Source of the DNA: Gemmatimonadota bacterium
Lineage (GTDB): Bacteria > Gemmatimonadota > Gemmatimonadetes > Gemmatimonadales > GWC2-71-9
Reading direction: 5' to 3'
DNA: 57,858 nt
Assembly: GCA_039591485.1 (NCBI GenBank)
Contig: JBDHDN010000002.1
Coordinates: 1 to 57,858 of the forward strand
The stretch's first letter is position 1. The number at the start of each line of letters is the position of its first letter. The notes under the pieces are model-generated. The model saw nothing but the letters and a program-made list of their open reading frames with translations. It was not told the DNA's origin and did no database searches. Shown one piece after another: positions 53,083 through 57,858 of this stretch. The translations under genes and the position numbers were made by a program.

Positions 53083-54263
53083 CATCCGTTCGGATCGCCA
53101 CCGTGCTGCTGGTGCTCGCCGCGGGGCCGGTGCGGGCGCAGCTCATCGATTGGCCGACCTTCGGCGAAGACTGGATTACCTACGCAGTACCGAAAACGTA
53201 CTACGGCGGTGCGGACGGATTCGGGATCGGTGTCTTCTACTCCCAGGTCAACCAACTCGGCTTCGACGACTGGGACTCACCCGAGCCGTACCGTGCGATG
53301 GTCTCGTTGGACGGCAACCTGACGACATCCGGCACCAAGCGACTGGCGCTCGCCCTGCGCGCGCCCAAATGGGCGGACGGCTGGCGATTCGTCGTCTCGC
53401 TGGAAGGCCGACGGGACGCGCGGGAGCGGTATTTCGGAATCGGAAACGCCAGCGTCTACGACAAGGACGAGGAGACCGAGGCAGCGAAGTACTTCTACCG
53501 CTCAAAGAACACGAGGTGGATCGGCCGCGGTGAAGTCCAACGTCGCATCGTGGGCGGCCTCCGTGTCTTGGCGGGTGTTCACGCCGAGCACTGGACCATC
53601 GACACGCTTCCGGGGCCGAGCAAGCTGGCGGAGGACCTGACCGCGGGCGTGGACCCGACCATCGCGCGGGGAACGGCGGACGTCTCTGCGCGCATCGGGC
53701 TCGTGTTCGATACCCGCAACGACGAGCCAGCGCCAACGAAGGGGCTCCTCCTCGAGGGCATTTTCAGCATCGCGGACTCGGGACTTGCGGGCGACCTCAG
53801 CTACACGCGCACGACGGTGTCCGTCACTGGCTACCTCCCGATCGTCGCGCGCCTCAGCGTAGGAGCGCGCATCGCCGGCGAGTCGATGACGGGCTCCCCG
53901 AGACTCGGGACGTACTACCGCATCGAGGCCAGCGACCGGCCCTATCGCGGTGTTGGTGGTCCGGAGTCCCACCGTGCGATCCCCCCTCGGCGCTTGCTCG
54001 ACGCCGACAAGCTGCTCGGCAACCTCGACGTGCGGTACGACCTGTTCACGTACCCCACCCTGTTCCGGGCGACCGGCGTGGCGTTCGTCGACGCTGCGCG
54101 CGTCTTTCCATCCGGCGAGTGGGAGCTCACGACGTCGGACATGGCCGTGGGCGGCGGGCTTGGCCTCTTCCTGCAGTTCTTTCGGACCGGCATTCTCGGC
54201 ACTACGGCCGGCCTGGGCCCGGACGGCTTGATCTGGTCATTCCACACCTGGTGGCCGTTCTGA
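53079..54263 (+). CDS. Omp85/BamA-TamA superfamily outer-membrane beta-barrel without POTRA domains
   Basis: Signal VTSVRIATVLLVLAAGPVRAQ. Beta-strand periodicity, ...RGVGGPESHR... C-terminal ...SFHTWWPF. GTGA overlap with the upstream stop. Confidence 0.6.
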   Translation: MTSVRIATVLLVLAAGPVRAQLIDWPTFGEDWITYAVPKTYYGGADGFGIGVFYSQVNQLGFDDWDSPEPYRAMVSLDGNLTTSGTKRLALALRAPKWADGWRFVVSLEGRRDARERYFGIGNASVYDKDEETEAAKYFYRSKNTRWIGRGEVQRRIVGGLRVLAGVHAEHWTIDTLPGPSKLAEDLTAGVDPTIARGTADVSARIGLVFDTRNDEPAPTKGLLLEGIFSIADSGLAGDLSYTRTTVSVTGYLPIVARLSVGARIAGESMTGSPRLGTYYRIEASDRPYRGVGGPESHRAIPPRRLLDADKLLGNLDVRYDLFTYPTLFRATGVAFVDAARVFPSGEWELTTSDMAVGGGLGLFLQFFRTGILGTTAGLGPDGLIWSFHTWWPF

Positions 54264-54497
54264 CCGGTCCGTCAACAGCAGCGGGGTTCGCCGACACTCT
54301 CGGGCCGTCATCCGCAGCAACCCCTCGGGTACGTTAGATTTAGAGATGTTCAGCAAGCTCCGCAGCAGGCGGCACCTCCCCCGGAACGCCCGTCCGGGCA
54401 TCTTCGCACCGCCCAACCGCTGACGCAAACGGGCGGTCCCGCGTCGGCCGACCCGGTTCGGTCACCGGCCGCGGACCCTCCTCGTGCAGCCCTTGGT

Positions 54498-54514
54498 GAT
54501 GGCTGGCAGCCATC
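54498..54514. promoter_or_regulatory. 17-bp perfect palindrome upstream of lat
   Basis: GATGGCTG-G-CAGCCATC, 37 nt upstream of ATG 54551. Confidence 0.3.
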
Positions 54515-54550
54515 CGCCCTCGACTCGTTTCAGTCGCGCAGGAGCACACG

Positions 54551-55861
54551 ATGTCCACAGTCACGGTAGCCACCGACCAGGTCTTCGACGTCCTCAGGAG
54601 CAACGTCTTGGTCGACGGCTTTCACTTGGTGCTCGATCTTCAGAAGTCGCACGGCACCATCATGTACGGCGCGCTGTCGAAGAAGGAGTACCTCGACTGC
54701 TACACGTACTTTGCCACTTTGCCGCTCGGCCATAACCACCCCGGGCTGAACGACCCGGGCTTTCGCGAATCCCTGATGGCCGCGGCGATTGCAAACCCCG
54801 CCAACGCGGACGTCTACACCCGCGAGTACGCCGGATTCGTGAAGACCTTCCGAGACCTCGCCGTTCCGGACGGTTTCCCGTACCTCTTCTTCATCGCCGG
54901 TGGTGCGCTTGCGGTCGAGAATGCGATGAAGGCGGCATTCGACTGGAAGGCGCAGAAGAACCGTGCCCGCGGTATTCAGGGGGGGGCGGACAAGATCCTG
55001 CACTTCCGAGAGGCGTTCCACGGACGCAGCGGGTATACGCTTTCGGTCACCAACACCGAACTGCTCAAGATCGCCGACTTTCCCAAGTTCTCCTGGCCGA
55101 GGGTCTCGAATCCCAAGATCGCTTTCCCGCTGGACGCCGAGGCGGTGGCGGCTGCGGAGCAGCAGACACTCGCCGAGATCGATCGTGCATTTGACGAGGA
55201 CCCGCACGGGATCGCCGGTATCCTCGTCGAGCCCATCCAGTGCGAGGGCGGTGACAACCACTTTCGGCCCGAGTTCCTTCAGGTGCTGCGTCATGTCGCT
55301 GACGAGCGCGATGCGTTGCTGATCTTCGATGAAGTGCAGACGGGCATGGGTGTGACGGGCTCGATGTGGGCCTTCGAGCAGATGGGCATGGTGCCCGACC
55401 TGGTGGCGTTTGGGAAGAAGACCCAGGTGTGCGGGGTCATGGCCGGACAGCGGATCGATGAGGTGGAGAAGAACGTGTTTCACGTCTCCTCGCGCATCAA
55501 CTCCACGTGGGGCGGCAACCTGACCGACATGGTTCGGTGTGCGCAGTACCTCCGCATCATGCACGAGGACCAGCTTGTCGAGAACGCGGCAGCGGTCGGC
55601 GCAGTCTTCTTGGAGCAGCTCGAGCGTTTGCAGGCCGAGTTCCCGTTGGTCACGAACGTTCGCGGACGTGGCCTTCTGCTCGCGTTCGATCTACCGGACA
55701 CCGAGACGCGGAACCGGATCCGTCAGGAGTGCTGGGACGCTGGATTCGCCACCCTTCCGTGCGGGCCCCGCTCGATCCGCTTCCGGCCCGCACTGATCTT
55801 CAGTGAGGCGGACGTCGCACGCGGAACGGAGATCCTGCGGCAGGTGCTGAAGGCACAGTAA
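54551..55861 (+). CDS. lat: L-lysine 6-transaminase (class III aminotransferase)
   Basis: 436 aa. ...FREAFHGRSGYTLS..., EPIQCEGGDNHF, LIFDEVQTGMG, AFGKKTQVCG (PLP Lys). Confidence 0.8.
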   Translation: MSTVTVATDQVFDVLRSNVLVDGFHLVLDLQKSHGTIMYGALSKKEYLDCYTYFATLPLGHNHPGLNDPGFRESLMAAAIANPANADVYTREYAGFVKTFRDLAVPDGFPYLFFIAGGALAVENAMKAAFDWKAQKNRARGIQGGADKILHFREAFHGRSGYTLSVTNTELLKIADFPKFSWPRVSNPKIAFPLDAEAVAAAEQQTLAEIDRAFDEDPHGIAGILVEPIQCEGGDNHFRPEFLQVLRHVADERDALLIFDEVQTGMGVTGSMWAFEQMGMVPDLVAFGKKTQVCGVMAGQRIDEVEKNVFHVSSRINSTWGGNLTDMVRCAQYLRIMHEDQLVENAAAVGAVFLEQLERLQAEFPLVTNVRGRGLLLAFDLPDTETRNRIRQECWDAGFATLPCGPRSIRFRPALIFSEADVARGTEILRQVLKAQ

Positions 55862-55875
55862 CCCCTCACCCGACG

Positions 55876-55907
55876 TCACGGGGGTGGGCGCCGCGCTACC
55901 CCCGTGA
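55876..55907 (+). terminator. hairpin after lat
   Basis: tcacggggg (55876-55884) pairs with cccccgtga (55899-55907), 14-nt loop. Confidence 0.45.
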
Positions 55908-56048
55908 GGTGGGGTCGCTCGTCATCCTGTTGCTCGCATTCTCACAGGCACTCCACACACGGCCGATCTGGCGGCACGGCACATCCCTCTGGACATCCTG
56001 CCGGCAGGCCGTATCCTTTCACGACCTTCGGAACCGAGGATTCCTCCC

Positions 56049-57425
56049 ATGACCACCGCTGCCACCTCGGCGAGAGGTGCGTGGAAGTCTCGTTTTGGCT
56101 TCGTGCTCGCCGCGGCAGGATCGGCGATCGGGCTCGGAAACATCTGGCGGTTTCCCTACGTGGTCGGCGAGAACGGCGGCGCGGCCTTCGTACTGGTGTA
56201 CCTGGCGTTCGTCTTCCTGATCGGCGCACCCGTGATGCTCGCCGAGCTGTCGCTGGGTCGCCATACGGAGCGCAACCCGGTGGGGGCCTTCACGGCGATC
56301 GCGCCGGGCAGCACGTGGAAGTTCGTGGGGCTGCTCGGGGTGGTCACCGGTGTCGGGATCCTCTCGTTCTACGGTGTGATCGCCGGGTGGACCTTCGGCT
56401 ATTTCCTCAAGACCGTGGCCGGATCGTTCAGCCAGACGATGACCGCCGAGCAGTCGGAGCAGGTGTTCACCGGCCTGGTGTCGGACTGGCGCGCCACGGT
56501 CGGGCTCCTGCTGACGTTCCTGCTCCTCACGGCGCTCATCGTCTGGCGCGGGGTGTCCAACGGCATCGAACTGATGTCGAAGATCCTCATGCCGGTCCTG
56601 CTGTTCCTGCTGGTTCTGCTGGCGGCGCGCTCCGTGACGCTGTCCGGTGCCGGGGACGGCCTGCGGTTCTACTTGGCACCAGACTTCTCGAAGATCCGAC
56701 CGCAGACGGTCCCTACCGCGCTGGGGCAGGCGTTCTTCTCGCTCAGCCTCGGCATGGGCGCCATGATCACCTACGGCAGCTACATCGGGAAGGGCGAGAA
56801 CCTGGTGACCTCGACCGGGCTCGTGTGCCTGTTCGACACGTTGATCGCGTTGCTCGCAGGACTGATCATCTTCCCGGCGCTGTTTCACGCGGGGCTCGAT
56901 CCCGCCTCGGGGGTTGGACTCGTCTTCCAGGTATTGCCGCCACTCTTCGCCAGTCTTCCCGCCGGGCAGTTGTTCGGCGCGGCCTTCTTCCTCTTGCTCA
57001 CGATCGCCGCCCTGACGTCGACCATCTCACTCCTCGAAGTACCCGTTTCCTATCTGATCGACGAGTGGCGGTGGAGCCGTGGCAAGGCGGTGCTCGTCAC
57101 CACGCTTGGCACGGTGCTGCTCGGTCTGCCCTCTGCCTTGGCATTCGGGGCGGTGGGTGTATTCACGCTCATGCCGGGGGCCGGGATGGACTTCCTGACA
57201 CTCATGAGCGTGATCTTCGGCAACTACTCCCTCTCGGTGGGCTCGCTGCTGCTGGCGCTGTTCGTCGGCTACCGCTGGGGGGTGGCGGGTGCCGAGCGTG
57301 AAATCGAGGCGGCGGGAGTTCCGTTCCGATTCAGGACAGCATGGGCGTTCCTGATCCGATTCCTGTGCCCCGTAGCCGTCGCCATCATCATCGTCTACAT
57401 CATCTGGACGGGGAACTACTTCTAG
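56049..57425 (+). CDS. sodium-dependent transporter, SNF (neurotransmitter:sodium symporter) family
   Basis: GFVLAAAGSAIGLGNIWRFPY, GGAAFVLVYL... 11-12 TM helices. Confidence 0.9.
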   Translation: MTTAATSARGAWKSRFGFVLAAAGSAIGLGNIWRFPYVVGENGGAAFVLVYLAFVFLIGAPVMLAELSLGRHTERNPVGAFTAIAPGSTWKFVGLLGVVTGVGILSFYGVIAGWTFGYFLKTVAGSFSQTMTAEQSEQVFTGLVSDWRATVGLLLTFLLLTALIVWRGVSNGIELMSKILMPVLLFLLVLLAARSVTLSGAGDGLRFYLAPDFSKIRPQTVPTALGQAFFSLSLGMGAMITYGSYIGKGENLVTSTGLVCLFDTLIALLAGLIIFPALFHAGLDPASGVGLVFQVLPPLFASLPAGQLFGAAFFLLLTIAALTSTISLLEVPVSYLIDEWRWSRGKAVLVTTLGTVLLGLPSALAFGAVGVFTLMPGAGMDFLTLMSVIFGNYSLSVGSLLLALFVGYRWGVAGAEREIEAAGVPFRFRTAWAFLIRFLCPVAVAIIIVYIIWTGNYF

Positions 57426-57448
57426 GATACCTCCGAAGTTGAGATCAC

Positions 57449-57471
57449 GTGGAGGCCGGATGCTCCTCCAC
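57449..57471. terminator. short hairpin between convergent SNF and E1-alpha genes
   Basis: gtggagg (57449-57455) pairs with cctccac (57465-57471), 9-nt loop. Confidence 0.3.
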
Positions 57472-57488
57472 TGCCCATCGAGCATCCC

Positions 57489-57858
57489 CTAGGCGTACAC
57501 GTCGTCGAGGGCCGATTCCGGCGGCGGCATGTTCGCACGGCGACTGTGCAGCGCCTCGTCGGCTGCGCGGTCGACTTCGGCGGTCACTTCCGCCTCGACG
57601 TGTTCCAATGCGGCGGGATCGACGCCGGCTCCGGCGAGGTACTCCTCATACAAGCCGATCGGGTCGCGCCGACCCCAGTGTGTGAACAGCTCCGCTGAAA
57701 GCAGGCTTCGGGCTTCCTGCTCGTCGTGCGTGGCATGCCCACCCATACGGAATGTCTCCGCCGACAGGATCACCGGGCCGTCGCCTGCTCGGCAGGTCCG
57801 AGCGGCGATCTTGGTGGCAGCGTACGCGTCGAGGACGTTGTTGCCGTCGAACGAGCCG
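57489..57858 (-). CDS. 2-oxoacid (pyruvate/branched-chain) dehydrogenase E1 component alpha subunit, C-terminal part (5' end outside window)
   Basis: The frame stays open to the right edge: ...GSFDGNNVLDAYAATKIAARTCRAGDGPVILSAETFRMGGHATHDE... Confidence 0.85.
   Translation of the reverse strand, partial: GSFDGNNVLDAYAATKIAARTCRAGDGPVILSAETFRMGGHATHDEQEARSLLSAELFTHWGRRDPIGLYEEYLAGAGVDPAALEHVEAEVTAEVDRAADEALHSRRANMPPPESALDDVYA

Noticed and set aside
1-57858. Scan for CRISPR arrays, IS elements, integrases, prophage or toxin-antitoxin/defence islands
   Set aside because: I saw no regularly spaced direct repeats, terminal inverted repeats, transposase/integrase/recombinase-like ORFs, or nuclease/helicase/ATPase clusters. 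The only tandem repeat is the 2 x 36-bp duplication at 8895-8966.

Overview
High-GC (roughly two-thirds G+C by eye) bacterial chromosomal window, densely coding on both strands: about 60 protein genes. I found no rRNA or tRNA genes, no CRISPR array, and no transposase, integrase or phage genes. Content is mainly housekeeping and envelope or peptidase functions. Core metabolism: leuS, serA plus a class-V aminotransferase, a NAD-salvage pair (nicotinamidase-like and NAPRTase), folE, dut, msrA, cutC, and L-lysine 6-transaminase next to an SNF-family symporter. Transport: crcB plus DUF190, abgT, an MFS transporter and a lone MacB/FtsX-type permease. Proteolysis and envelope: an M16 peptidase pair, large M14 and M20 peptidases, an ECF sigma/anti-sigma/PDZ module, and a large glycoside hydrolase with discoidin domains. 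Also present are an SPFH operon with an unlisted ribbon-helix-helix gene beside a PadR regulator, and a very compact operon containing a DOPA-decarboxylase-type PLP enzyme. Outer-membrane barrels ending in Phe, lipoboxes and a TAT signal indicate a diderm. A Gemmatimonadota-like soil lineage is only a guess. Many adjacent genes overlap by 4 nt (ATGA or GTGA), which supports operon calls. I did not find a convincing novel multi-gene system such as a defence island. The most notable observations are listed here. (1) A perfect 36-bp in-frame tandem duplication lies inside the glycoside hydrolase. (2) A membrane-protein gene is split at a G7 homopolymer. (3) Four decayed gene remnants sit in the longer spacers. 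(4) Strikingly AT-rich, near-consensus promoter or operator sites occur, especially upstream of the SPFH-RHH operon. (5) Two genes have conserved N-termini preceded by no ATG or GTG, only a CTG overlapping the upstream stop; one follows a 26-codon hydrophobic mini-ORF with a strong RBS. (6) Two gene pairings look unusual: the decarboxylase operon, and a glycosylasparaginase coupled to a POTRA-less Omp85 barrel. All family assignments come from motif recognition by eye, not from searches.
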